In this document: positions 48,700 through 57,804 of the stretch, in pieces
How the letters are laid out: each line of letters begins with the position of its first letter
Position numbering within the stretch: the stretch's first letter is position 1
Source of the DNA: a virus
Length of the DNA: 64,000 nucleotides
IMG/VR virus record: IMGVR_UViG_3300025704_002294
Span: 30,201 to 94,200 of that record
Reading direction: 5' to 3' (one strand)
Position numbers and translations under genes: made by a program
Notes under the pieces: model-generated
What the model saw: only the letters and a program-made list of their open reading frames with translations
The model's database searches: none
Told to the model about the DNA's origin: nothing

Positions 48700-49771
48700 C
48701 AACTCAGTTAAAAGAATTGGTTTTTGTTGTAAATACTTAGACAGCGATCAAACACAGAAACCTAAAGTATTAAAAGAAATACAACAACAATACACCGAGA
48801 AAGGCACAACTGTTGCATGGTGCAATAGACAAGAAAAAAGTGTTGCTGAACAAAAACTATTAGACATAGTTGAACACAACATGCAAAGTGCCTACAACCT
48901 CGTTGATTACGCCAGCAGTTTACCTGCAGGCAGGAGAATGGTTAGACTGGGCAGTAACCAAATACCAATGGCAACTGAACCCAGTTGGAGATATGTTTTC
49001 GAAGATAAAACAGTTCGTAAGGAACTTGCCCGTGGATTTGGAAGAATTGGTGATCATGCTCGTGAGCGTGATGTTCGGATTAGTTTTCATCCTGGTCAGT
49101 TTTGTGTCCTTGCTTCGGACAATGATGACGTCGTAGAACGTAGCATTGACGAATTCGAGTATCATGCTGATATGGCCAGATGGATGGGTTACGGCAAAGA
49201 GTTTATGGATATGAAACTAAATGTACACATATCAGGTAGACGTGGATATCAGGGTATCATAGATGTATTGCCTAGGCTTTCCCCTGAGGCTAGGAACACT
49301 ATTGCTATTGAGAATGACGAAATGTGTCATGGCTTAGACGCAAGTCTTATGCTGAAAGATCATGTTGCACTAGTGCTAGACATACATCATCATTGGATTA
49401 GAGATGAAGAATATATACAAGCAGATGATGACCGTGTTAAAATGGTCATTGACAGTTGGCGTGGTGTTAGGCCTACTATACATTATAGTTATAGCAGGGA
49501 TGAATGGCTCAATCAGTCAAGTAGAATTGATGAGTCGAACAGGCACACTACCTTACACTCCATACCCGATCTATTAGAGACAGGCGGCAAGAAACAAAAA
49601 CTAAGAGCACATTCTGACTACTATCCTAATCAAGATGCAAATGACTGGGCATTAACGTTTTTAGATGAGTTCGATATACAATGCGAGGCAAAGGCTAAGA
49701 ATCTAGCAAGTGAGCAACTATACAATAGAGCAGTTGAAACTAAAAAAGTAAATGAGGTGGATGTATTCTGA
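48692..49771 (+). CDS. uvsE: UV damage endonuclease
   Basis: RIGFCC, RLGS, RISFHPGQF, NVHISG, IENDE, LDIHHH, HYS, AHSDY, EAKAK. Confidence 0.92.
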   Translation: MFNNSVKRIGFCCKYLDSDQTQKPKVLKEIQQQYTEKGTTVAWCNRQEKSVAEQKLLDIVEHNMQSAYNLVDYASSLPAGRRMVRLGSNQIPMATEPSWRYVFEDKTVRKELARGFGRIGDHARERDVRISFHPGQFCVLASDNDDVVERSIDEFEYHADMARWMGYGKEFMDMKLNVHISGRRGYQGIIDVLPRLSPEARNTIAIENDEMCHGLDASLMLKDHVALVLDIHHHWIRDEEYIQADDDRVKMVIDSWRGVRPTIHYSYSRDEWLNQSSRIDESNRHTTLHSIPDLLETGGKKQKLRAHSDYYPNQDANDWALTFLDEFDIQCEAKAKNLASEQLYNRAVETKKVNEVDVF

Positions 49772-49849
49772 TATCGTGTATCTTAGAGTTTCATCAGAGG
49801 GACTCAAATTGTTAAAGGTTGTGAGAATTTTATCACAACCTCATTTACA
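49742..49849 (-). ncRNA. candidate late small RNA
   Basis: TGTAAATA (49862-55); predicted +1 at the 5' arm of an 11-bp closing stem GTAAATGAGGT/ACCTCATTTAC followed by T6. Confidence 0.45.
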
Positions 49850-49930
49850 TAATATATTTACAGGATCTGCCTTAAACCGTTTCATAATAGGTAAAAAACA
49901 GTTAAATATGAGCAAGAATAGGAAAAAACC

Positions 49931-50758
49931 ATGTCAAACATAGTCTCAATGGCCCTTTGCCGTATTAAGAACAACGATAAATTAGAATATAATACAGACC
50001 AGGGTGCGGATAATACATTTAAACTGTATTCTAGTATGAGCGAAATAGTATGCGAAAGTGTTGATACATTTCTAGAAGGCGACTGGGATTTTGAAATCAT
50101 TGAAAATGAAGTAGACAGTTACCAGGAAGTTTTTGATAAAAACTTTGGCGAAGTTTATGAAATGTGGGATGGTGGCAAAAACAATATACTGTTTTTAGAC
50201 TTAGATACAATTATGCTAAAGCCAGTAAATGTGTTTGATCAACTGGAACACTTTCAAATGTTTAATTACACAGATCCTAAAACATTAGGCGGCAAAGATG
50301 CAAACAACAAATATGGATTACAACATCAACATTACTTTAATGCAGGTGTACGATACTATCCTAAAACAATGTCACAGGAAGTTTGGGACTTAGGTTGGAA
50401 GTATGCTAACGATTGGGACTACAACATTTGGGGAACAGAACAAATTATATTTAATGAAATGATGTACAGCGAAAACAAAGATGTTAACCAATGGCATAAC
50501 CCAACAATGAATTTTCAAATGATGAATGCTGTACCACAAGCAATATCTAATCCACATTACATAGCACAAATAGAAGCATGGAATGGAGCAAACATAGACG
50601 ATGCAAAAATTATGCATCTGCATGGAACAAGAGGCGCCGACAAAACTGTCATGACACAATGGCAATTGTGGAAACAAGTAACAGGGGACGAGTTTGAATT
50701 TGAACACATAAATATTGTTCAAGATAACGGCATGGCCGTAGAAGTAGAATACAAATAA
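49931..50758 (+). CDS. GT-A (GT8-like) glycosyltransferase
   Basis: ILFLDLDT, FNAGV, EQ, HLHG. Confidence 0.7.
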   Translation: MSNIVSMALCRIKNNDKLEYNTDQGADNTFKLYSSMSEIVCESVDTFLEGDWDFEIIENEVDSYQEVFDKNFGEVYEMWDGGKNNILFLDLDTIMLKPVNVFDQLEHFQMFNYTDPKTLGGKDANNKYGLQHQHYFNAGVRYYPKTMSQEVWDLGWKYANDWDYNIWGTEQIIFNEMMYSENKDVNQWHNPTMNFQMMNAVPQAISNPHYIAQIEAWNGANIDDAKIMHLHGTRGADKTVMTQWQLWKQVTGDEFEFEHINIVQDNGMAVEVEYK

Positions 50759-50922
50759 TGGACGGAGTAATATTAGCGGCAGGTATGATAGCAAGTTTGA
50801 TTGCTATTGTGAGTTTACTGCTGAGTGAAGGTGGCGGTACCAAAGGCATCACAAATGAATATGTTACTAAGTCAGGTGTTAAGCACACAGCAAAGAAGAG
50901 TAGAGAGCAACACATAGTATGA
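50758..50922 (+). CDS. 54-aa membrane-anchored protein (not in ORF track)
   Basis: MDGVILAAGMIASLIAIVSLLLSEGGG...; TAATG and ATGA coupling. Confidence 0.65.
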   Translation: MDGVILAAGMIASLIAIVSLLLSEGGGTKGITNEYVTKSGVKHTAKKSREQHIV

Positions 50923-51107
50923 AAATTATCAGAGCAACAATCACAGTAGAAGTTCCTTACAGCAATGAACTACTAAACGATGGAACTAAGTTAGATAAAG
51001 AACTTAGAAAAGTTATTAACAATGCTAAATTTATTCCTTGCAAGATTACAGCAGGTGAGTTAGATTACAGTAAACAACCAGTAGTCAGAGATGAAATTAA
51101 ATTATAA
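50919..51107 (+). CDS. hypothetical protein
   Basis: Coupled ORF. Confidence 0.55.
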   Translation: MKIIRATITVEVPYSNELLNDGTKLDKELRKVINNAKFIPCKITAGELDYSKQPVVRDEIKL

Positions 51108-51537
51108 AGATTGCGGAAAGATAGGATTTACTTGTTCTACTTTTGACTTGCTACATGCAGGACATATCACAATGCTAGAAGAAGCAAAACATCACTGTGA
51201 TTATTTAATTGTAGGATTACAAAACGATCCAACAGAAGACAGACCAGAAAAAAATAAACCTGTACAAACAATAGTCGAAAGACAAATACAACTAGCGGCA
51301 GTTAAGTATGTAGATGAAATAGTTATTTACAACACCGAGCAAGACTTACTAGACTTACTTCTTACATTACCAATAGATGTTAGAGTACTAGGTGACGAAT
51401 ATAAAAACAAAGACTTTACAGGCAAAGATATTGCTAAACAACGTGGCAGTAAGATAGTGTATAACGGCAGAGATCACAGTTTTAGCAGTACGTCTTTACG
51501 CAAAAGAGTGCATAGAGCAGAAGACACTAAAGTATAA
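51091..51537 (+). CDS. glycerol-3-phosphate cytidylyltransferase-like (TagD family)
   Basis: FDLLHAGH, LIVGL, KYVDE, FSSTSLR. Confidence 0.88.
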   Translation: MKLNYKDCGKIGFTCSTFDLLHAGHITMLEEAKHHCDYLIVGLQNDPTEDRPEKNKPVQTIVERQIQLAAVKYVDEIVIYNTEQDLLDLLLTLPIDVRVLGDEYKNKDFTGKDIAKQRGSKIVYNGRDHSFSSTSLRKRVHRAEDTKV

Positions 51538-51541
51538 ATAG

Positions 51542-51570
51542 TTGACACATTCACACAAATTTGTTATAAT
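51542..51570 (+). promoter_or_regulatory. sigma70 promoter preceded by late box
   Basis: TTGACA-17-TATAAT with TGn; TATAAATA at 51533-40. Confidence 0.85.
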
Positions 51571-51596
51571 ATAGTTTATATAAAGGGGCAAGAGAT

Positions 51597-52139
51597 ATGA
51601 ACAAGTATAAGAAGTTGATGTTGATAGCAACATTTTTCTGTACATCAGTACAAGCATCAATGATAGGACCGTTAGATCTGCGTCAAGAAGCAGAATGCCT
51701 AGCATTGAATATCTATCACGAAGCAAGAAGCGAAAGAACCTCAGGAATGTGGGCAGTAGCAGATGTCACTATCAATAGAGTCAAAAGTGTGGCTTTTCCA
51801 AACACTATTTGTGAAGTAGTTAAACAAGGCCCTGTATATGAAAGTTGGAAAACTGCTAGGTTTGAAGACTTGCGTCAAGAAGAACGCATCTTCAATCCAG
51901 TAAAAGGTATGTGCCAGTTCAGTTGGTGGTGCGATGGTATCAGTGATGAACCTACCGAGCCAGACAGTTGGCAAAGAGCATTAGATGTTGCATATGGTGT
52001 AATCAATCATGATCTAGGTTTAGGATTAACAGATGGATCAGATCATTATCATGCAAACTTCATTGAGCCGTTTTGGGCACCTCATATGACACTCGTCACC
52101 ACAATTGGTAACCACAAATTTTATAAGTCTATTAGATAA
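51597..52139 (+). CDS. SleB-like cell wall hydrolase (Hydrolase_2)
   Basis: CLALNIYHEARSE, NRV, FPNTICEVV, CQFSW, IGNHKFY; signal-like N-terminus. Confidence 0.9.
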   Translation: MNKYKKLMLIATFFCTSVQASMIGPLDLRQEAECLALNIYHEARSERTSGMWAVADVTINRVKSVAFPNTICEVVKQGPVYESWKTARFEDLRQEERIFNPVKGMCQFSWWCDGISDEPTEPDSWQRALDVAYGVINHDLGLGLTDGSDHYHANFIEPFWAPHMTLVTTIGNHKFYKSIR

Positions 52140-52174
52140 ATACTCTTATAATCCCGTAGGTGGGAGTAGGAGTA
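52135..52174 (+). promoter_or_regulatory. late promoter overlapping an SD-sequestering hairpin
   Basis: GATAAATA 52135-42; 52141-56 pairs with 52161-74, which contains AGGAG. Confidence 0.6.
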
Positions 52175-52179
52175 AAACA

Positions 52180-52662
52180 ATGTACGAGTATAGATGTAAG
52201 ATACTCAAAGTTGTTGATGGCGACACAGTAGACGTAGACATAGATTTAGGCTTTGGTGTGGTACTCAGCGACGAACGAGTAAGAATAATGGGTATCGACA
52301 CCCCAGAAAGTCGAACAAGCGATAAGGTCGAAAAGGTATTTGGTATTGCGGCTAAGAATGCTCTTAAGGCAATGCTAGGTAAAACCTCAATTCTAAAAAC
52401 ACAAATCAATAGAGATGGCGAAGATATGAAAGGCAAGTTCGGACGTATCCTTGGTGATTTTATTATTGACAAAGATGGCGAGCAATGTAGTGTAGTAACA
52501 GCACTAATGGACGCAGGTCATTGTGTTGATTACTATGGTGGTAGCAAAGAAGAGTTATATGAAAGACATATGGCAAACAGAACAAGACTACTTGCTGAAG
52601 GCGTAATTGATAAAAAAGAATACGACAAAGCAGTTGCCATAATGGAAAAGAAAAAGAAGTAA
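52180..52662 (+). CDS. thermonuclease (SNase-like)
   Basis: VVDGDTVD, RIMGIDTPE, KFGRIL; start moved to ATG after SD. Confidence 0.88.
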   Translation: MYEYRCKILKVVDGDTVDVDIDLGFGVVLSDERVRIMGIDTPESRTSDKVEKVFGIAAKNALKAMLGKTSILKTQINRDGEDMKGKFGRILGDFIIDKDGEQCSVVTALMDAGHCVDYYGGSKEELYERHMANRTRLLAEGVIDKKEYDKAVAIMEKKKK

Positions 52663-52686
52663 TTACCAGAATTTATAAAAAATAGG

Positions 52687-52715
52687 TTGACTGATGCCTA
52701 AATAGATCTTATAAT
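52687..52715 (+). promoter_or_regulatory. sigma70 promoter
   Basis: TTGACT-17-TATAAT. Confidence 0.75.
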
Positions 52716-52739
52716 AGTAAAACTATTTGAGGCATATAG

Positions 52740-53228
52740 ATGAACAAAAGATTTTATTCAGGTAAAACATATTCGCATTCAACTGGCCACAGTTGTGCGT
52801 TTAGGCAGTGGAAGGCAGATAGTCACTGTAACTTAATCCATGGTTATGCTCTACAGTTTGAATTCACCTTTGGTGGAGACGAACTTGACGAGAGTAACTG
52901 GATAGTAGACTTTGGTGGATTGAAGCCACTTAAAGAATGGTTGAAACACATGTTTGATCATACTTACTTGGTAGCAGAGAATGATCCAGAAATGGAAACC
53001 ATTGAGTTGTTACAAGCCAAAGGTCTAATTGATATGCGAGTAGTATCGCATACAGGTTGTGAAAGGTTTGCTGAAATGGCTTTTGACAAAGCAGATGAAA
53101 TTGTTAAGGAATTAACAAATGGAAGATGTTGGGTACAAAAGACCACAGTAAGAGAACATGAGCATAATAGTGCTACTGTTGAACTTAACGACCATCAAAA
53201 ATTGCGTTTCATAGAAGACGTACAATAA
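52740..53228 (+). CDS. queD: 6-carboxytetrahydropterin synthase (QueD/PTPS family)
   Basis: SHCNLIHGY, WIVDFG, FDH, GCERFA, VREH. Confidence 0.8.
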   Translation: MNKRFYSGKTYSHSTGHSCAFRQWKADSHCNLIHGYALQFEFTFGGDELDESNWIVDFGGLKPLKEWLKHMFDHTYLVAENDPEMETIELLQAKGLIDMRVVSHTGCERFAEMAFDKADEIVKELTNGRCWVQKTTVREHEHNSATVELNDHQKLRFIEDVQ

Positions 53229-53341
53229 ACGGAGAAAGAATAGTTAAACTATTCCTAATTGCATAGAGGACGGCACCCTTAACTGCTCGAGCAATTAGAT
53301 ATATAATGATATAGAGAACGTAGAAAAAGTAACCGGTGCCC

Positions 53342-54724
53342 TTACTGATTGAATTCTTCGTCTACTTTCCTTCTAAAATTATAATAATTGTTTACACACA
53401 GATTTGCCATGTCGGCAAATTGATTTAATTGAAAATCTGTGCTATAAAATAAATCTAAATTAAATTTACAAATTTCCAAAACTTTATCTCTATCAGGGGG
53501 ATTATCTAGAAATGTTTTTATAGAATCTAGTACCATCTTGTATCTAACTTCAGCATCAGTTTCTTTGTCATACGATTCATCTATAAGACCGTCGAATGTT
53601 TTAAACCCTAATTGTCTAACTTTAAGTAAACTAAAAGCATTTCCTAAAATTACAAAAGGCATTCCCCATGCAATTGGTTTGAACACTTTTTCACTGATAA
53701 ACCTAATAGGGTAATGCGTATAACCCTGCTGAAGTAGTTGAGATTCCACTGACATATAACTTTCTGTGCCAACATATAATTTTGATTTAAGAATCCAGTC
53801 ATAATTTGCAACAGAGTCATGTTGCATAAATCCATCAACACTTATATTATGCTCTGGTTCGCTATCAGCAAGAATAGGCAACGTGAAATCTTTTAAAATA
53901 TCACTTGCTTCTCCTACTTCATTAATTTCTTGTAAACTATAAAAACTATTATCTAAATACCCATCCTTGTACAAATCGTTAACTATAGCGGCTCTGTGTG
54001 CTTTGTATGTACGGTTTAACAGTAACAAATCTTTACTTTTTTCTGTTTTTTGTTGCAATTCAAAAAATGAATTTATATCAAAGTCTGTCTTGTTATCTAA
54101 CTTAGACCCATGGTAGGTGACACCACTTTGCACCCATGTATCATATAAAAAATATTCAAATACTACAATACTTGCAGGAATTTTATTTACAGTTAACCAT
54201 TTTTGTAAACCATTATGTGAATTAGGTTTTATAATATTGATATTAAAAGGTGCTACTGCATCGTTGCATTCTTTAATAAACTCAAAAACATTATACATAG
54301 ATAGTGTTGGATTATGGTCTAAAAATTCTGGTTCCCATACATCTGATATAACTATATTAAAATTAGGAACTGCCTTTAGCCAAAATTCACGCGAAAGGAC
54401 ACAGGCAAGATGCTCACTCATAGTAATATAAATTATTATTTCGTCGTCGTATGAATCAGACAGTCGTCTGCCTATTTGATCTAATAAATCAATATCATCC
54501 ACTGCAAGCCTAAATGGACTGATCGACACTTTTTTATCATACTTCGAAAAATCCAAATCGCTATTGTACATCGGAGATCTTGAAAGTACATGAAAAATAT
54601 CGTGTTCAATATAATCCTTACCTGTTAGACTTAATTCGTTTTCCATATGTTGAACTTTTGTTTCATCAACAAAATATCCAGTTGCATAAGTGCTTATATC
54701 TAAAGGTACAAAAATATTAATCAT
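53342..54724 (-). CDS. GT10-like putative glycosyltransferase, paralog 3 of 4
   Basis: LLLNR...HR; FISEKVFKPIAWGMPFVILG...LGFKTFDGLIDESYD. Confidence 0.55.
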   Translation of the reverse strand: MINIFVPLDISTYATGYFVDETKVQHMENELSLTGKDYIEHDIFHVLSRSPMYNSDLDFSKYDKKVSISPFRLAVDDIDLLDQIGRRLSDSYDDEIIIYITMSEHLACVLSREFWLKAVPNFNIVISDVWEPEFLDHNPTLSMYNVFEFIKECNDAVAPFNINIIKPNSHNGLQKWLTVNKIPASIVVFEYFLYDTWVQSGVTYHGSKLDNKTDFDINSFFELQQKTEKSKDLLLLNRTYKAHRAAIVNDLYKDGYLDNSFYSLQEINEVGEASDILKDFTLPILADSEPEHNISVDGFMQHDSVANYDWILKSKLYVGTESYMSVESQLLQQGYTHYPIRFISEKVFKPIAWGMPFVILGNAFSLLKVRQLGFKTFDGLIDESYDKETDAEVRYKMVLDSIKTFLDNPPDRDKVLEICKFNLDLFYSTDFQLNQFADMANLCVNNYYNFRRKVDEEFNQ

Positions 54725-56171
54725 CTATATTTTGTTCGTCAATTCTATCAATTATAATTCGCATCGGATCTACTAATCTGCTAGATACCCAATATGTGTC
54801 ATGTATCATATTAAAATTATGTACAAGCGAATCTTTGATTTCTTCAATGCTATGCTCTTCTGATAGAAATTTTTCGAAGGAATCAAACATGGCTTGTATT
54901 CGTAAATTAAAATTCTCTAGGTCATCATAACTTTCATCAAACCACTCTGGAAATGTTTTAAAACCTAAATCTCTTATACGTTGCAGGCCATGTTGGTTGC
55001 CTACAAATAGAAAAGGCATTCCCCACGCCATTGCTTTAAATGTTTTTTCTGTTAAAAATCTTACCGGGTGTGGAGGTGTATGCTCAATGATCAAATCTCT
55101 TGCTTGACTTTCTGTAATTATGTTTACTTTGCATTTTTGTGGCCATTTTAAATTAAATTTCCTGTCGTGGCGAATAGGTATATTGTTTCCTGATATGTTA
55201 TCATGCGGTTCAAATTCTGCTTGTTTTGGTAACATATTAATAATTTTACTATCTAATTCATGATCCTCTCCAGGTGTTACCATGCCCATTGGTTCTGCGC
55301 CACAACTCCATATCATGTTATCTAGCAATCCGCGTTTTTCTGCTTCTATAATAGTTGTTAGTCTGTGTTGCTTTGGCATCCTATTTAAAAGCAATGCATC
55401 ATATTCCTTGTCATCATGCCAAACACTATCCATAACTTTTTCTATATCAAATGGCTGATCGTCCATTGCTTCTTCCCAATCCATCATATCCATATTTCTG
55501 GAAGACTTTATACCACATGTATTGTTTACATCGAATAAAAAATATTCAAATGGCACAACTTCGAAATCTACGCCTTGTGACTGTAAAAAATGTGTATAAT
55601 CCTTGTCTGAATTAGATTTTATATAAAATCGTTTATGTTTACATTCTCCTGCAGGTCTAAGATGTCGTTTACAATTTTCTACAAAGTATTCCCATACTTC
55701 AACGTTATCATCACTTCCTGTTTGCGGTTTAGTATCTTTTTGAGGACCACATTCCCAAATATCACTCACCATAGCACTAAATTCTGGATGATTAAAAAAT
55801 TTACTAAAAATTGCACCTTGCAAACTAAATGCCGCTTTCTCCGAAATAGATATAACAACACGCCAATCTTGAATAGGTTCAAACCTTTTTACTAAATCTA
55901 CCCAAAACGGACTTTCAACATTGATTGCTTCGTTAATATCAATTGATACTGGATATATAAAATGATCTGATGTCAAATTAACGGAAATTTCTCTTCGTAA
56001 ACGTTTAGACCTGTGTAATACCCACCTAATATAATCATGTTTATTAACATAATTAAGTGTGTTATAGTCTTTATCATGTATAGAATCTGAGATAAAGGCT
56101 TTTGCTATTTTTTTCTGTACTGTATTATAATCGGTAGGATTTACAGTTGCGTTAACGAAAATTGTTCTCAT
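54717..56171 (-). CDS. GT10-like putative glycosyltransferase, paralog 4 of 4
   Basis: LLLNR...HR; FLTEKTFKAMAWGMPFLFVG...LGFKTFPEWFDESYD. Confidence 0.55.
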   Translation of the reverse strand: MRTIFVNATVNPTDYNTVQKKIAKAFISDSIHDKDYNTLNYVNKHDYIRWVLHRSKRLRREISVNLTSDHFIYPVSIDINEAINVESPFWVDLVKRFEPIQDWRVVISISEKAAFSLQGAIFSKFFNHPEFSAMVSDIWECGPQKDTKPQTGSDDNVEVWEYFVENCKRHLRPAGECKHKRFYIKSNSDKDYTHFLQSQGVDFEVVPFEYFLFDVNNTCGIKSSRNMDMMDWEEAMDDQPFDIEKVMDSVWHDDKEYDALLLNRMPKQHRLTTIIEAEKRGLLDNMIWSCGAEPMGMVTPGEDHELDSKIINMLPKQAEFEPHDNISGNNIPIRHDRKFNLKWPQKCKVNIITESQARDLIIEHTPPHPVRFLTEKTFKAMAWGMPFLFVGNQHGLQRIRDLGFKTFPEWFDESYDDLENFNLRIQAMFDSFEKFLSEEHSIEEIKDSLVHNFNMIHDTYWVSSRLVDPMRIIIDRIDEQNIDD

Positions 56172-56199
56172 ATGTGTATATTATCCGATAAATATGTAT

Positions 56200-57804
56200 A
56201 TGATATTTGGTATTCTAACATTAATAACTGCTCTGGCTATTGCCGGTGTTGCCGCATGGTTTTCCATAGTCGGCTTAATGCTACTATTTAGTGGTATGCC
56301 ACTGAGTATAGCCGTAATGGCTGGCACACTTGAAGTAGGTAAACTACTAACAGCAAGTTGGCTGTACAGATATTGGAACGAAACATCCTTAATGTTACGG
56401 GCCTACCTCACGACCGCAGTTGTCATACTAATGGTTATTACAAGTATAGGTATCTTTGGTTATCTCAGCAAAGCCGCTGGAGATCAAGCAAGTAACACAG
56501 GAGATGCTGTAGCAATAGTAGAACGTGTAGATGCTCAAATAGCCAGAGAAGAAAATAAAATTGTAATATTAGAAGACAGAATACAAAGCATCGGTGGTTC
56601 CATTGATGTTAGTTCTAGCATAACACAACAAGAAGAAATCAGAGATGGTGCTTGGATTAGAGTTCAAGGTGACATTGATTACAACCAAGAACAAATAACC
56701 ACAGTTAGAGAACAACTCACAGTAGATCTCTCTCAACAGGATAGTAGATTAGCAGAACTAGATAAAGCAGTAAATGATTTAAGAAGTAAAGGTATAGAAA
56801 TTATCACACTCGACGAAGGCGGAATATTCCAAGGTGCTGAAACAGAAAAGATAGATTATGTAGCACAGGCTAACGAACTGCGAAATAGCCAAACAGATGA
56901 AAGAGATGAAATCAGAGATGAGAAGATTAGACTAAGAGATCAAGCAAGTAAAGACATTAAAGTTTTCCAAGATGCAATTGACAATTACAGGGCACAGGCG
57001 CAAGACACTATTAAAGGTGCTAATGATGAAATTAACAGATTGCGTGGCCAGAGTTCATCGCAGGCAGATGATAACTTAATAAAGATAGATACTTTTAACA
57101 GCGACATTGACGCCATTTACAGTAACATAGTAGCACTTAAAGACGAGAAATTTGACGCAGAACAAAAAGTTAGGACACTAGATAGAGAAGTAGGACCAAT
57201 TAAATACTTGGCACAATTAATATATGGTAATGACGAACGTGATGTGTTAGACCAGGCAATACGTTTATTCATTCTACTATTAGTATTTGTATTTGATCCA
57301 CTAGCAGTTATGCTAGTTATTGCCGCTAACCAAACATTATTACGTCATGGTATTAACTTAGAAAGCAGTGGTCCTCCACTACCACCAAAAGATCCAGACC
57401 CAGAACCGGAAGAAAGTGTGGAAGAATTTGAAATCGATGAAGCAACAGGCAGAGAAGTAGTAGAGGAAATATCAGACGAAGATTACAAACCACTGCCAAG
57501 TGCTGTTGATGATGCCGCTGATGTGATGAGTGATTACAATGGTAGAGATAAAACTTTCTTTGAAAGTATCAATGAGCCAATTGTTAATATTGACAATCAA
57601 AAAACAGCAGACATTGTAAATCAAATTGAGAAAACAGAAAAACTAGAAGACGACCTAAACAAAATATTAGGTGGCAAGACTAAATCGCAACTTTTACAAA
57701 TGGCACTAGATGGTGGTGTTGAAATACCTGCTCAATTTTCTAAAGCAGAAATTGTTGCCAACGTTATTGCTAACTACGACAGTATCACCAAAAAAAAAAT
57801 TTAA
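56200..57804 (+). CDS. membrane protein with long coiled coil
   Basis: N-terminal TM helices, coiled coil, GPIKYLA...FVFDPLAV TM; GATAAATA (56187-94) + 5 nt + ATG; ends in A10 run. Confidence 0.8.
   Translation: MIFGILTLITALAIAGVAAWFSIVGLMLLFSGMPLSIAVMAGTLEVGKLLTASWLYRYWNETSLMLRAYLTTAVVILMVITSIGIFGYLSKAAGDQASNTGDAVAIVERVDAQIAREENKIVILEDRIQSIGGSIDVSSSITQQEEIRDGAWIRVQGDIDYNQEQITTVREQLTVDLSQQDSRLAELDKAVNDLRSKGIEIITLDEGGIFQGAETEKIDYVAQANELRNSQTDERDEIRDEKIRLRDQASKDIKVFQDAIDNYRAQAQDTIKGANDEINRLRGQSSSQADDNLIKIDTFNSDIDAIYSNIVALKDEKFDAEQKVRTLDREVGPIKYLAQLIYGNDERDVLDQAIRLFILLLVFVFDPLAVMLVIAANQTLLRHGINLESSGPPLPPKDPDPEPEESVEEFEIDEATGREVVEEISDEDYKPLPSAVDDAADVMSDYNGRDKTFFESINEPIVNIDNQKTADIVNQIEKTEKLEDDLNKILGGKTKSQLLQMALDGGVEIPAQFSKAEIVANVIANYDSITKKKI

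Noticed and set aside
49785-49805. CTGATGA on the minus strand suggesting a hammerhead ribozyme or C/D box
   Set aside because: No stem II followed by a separate GAAA and no NUH site in the required arrangement
49752-49943. 63-aa plus-strand ORF
   Set aside because: No recognisable motif, and it runs through strong inverted repeats; the region is better explained as structured RNA or terminator
53262-53300. AGAGG...CCTT near queD as a preQ1 riboswitch; also HDV-like or twister ribozyme
   Set aside because: Lies downstream of queD and lacks the UUC loop and A-rich tail; ribozyme core nucleotides could not be matched
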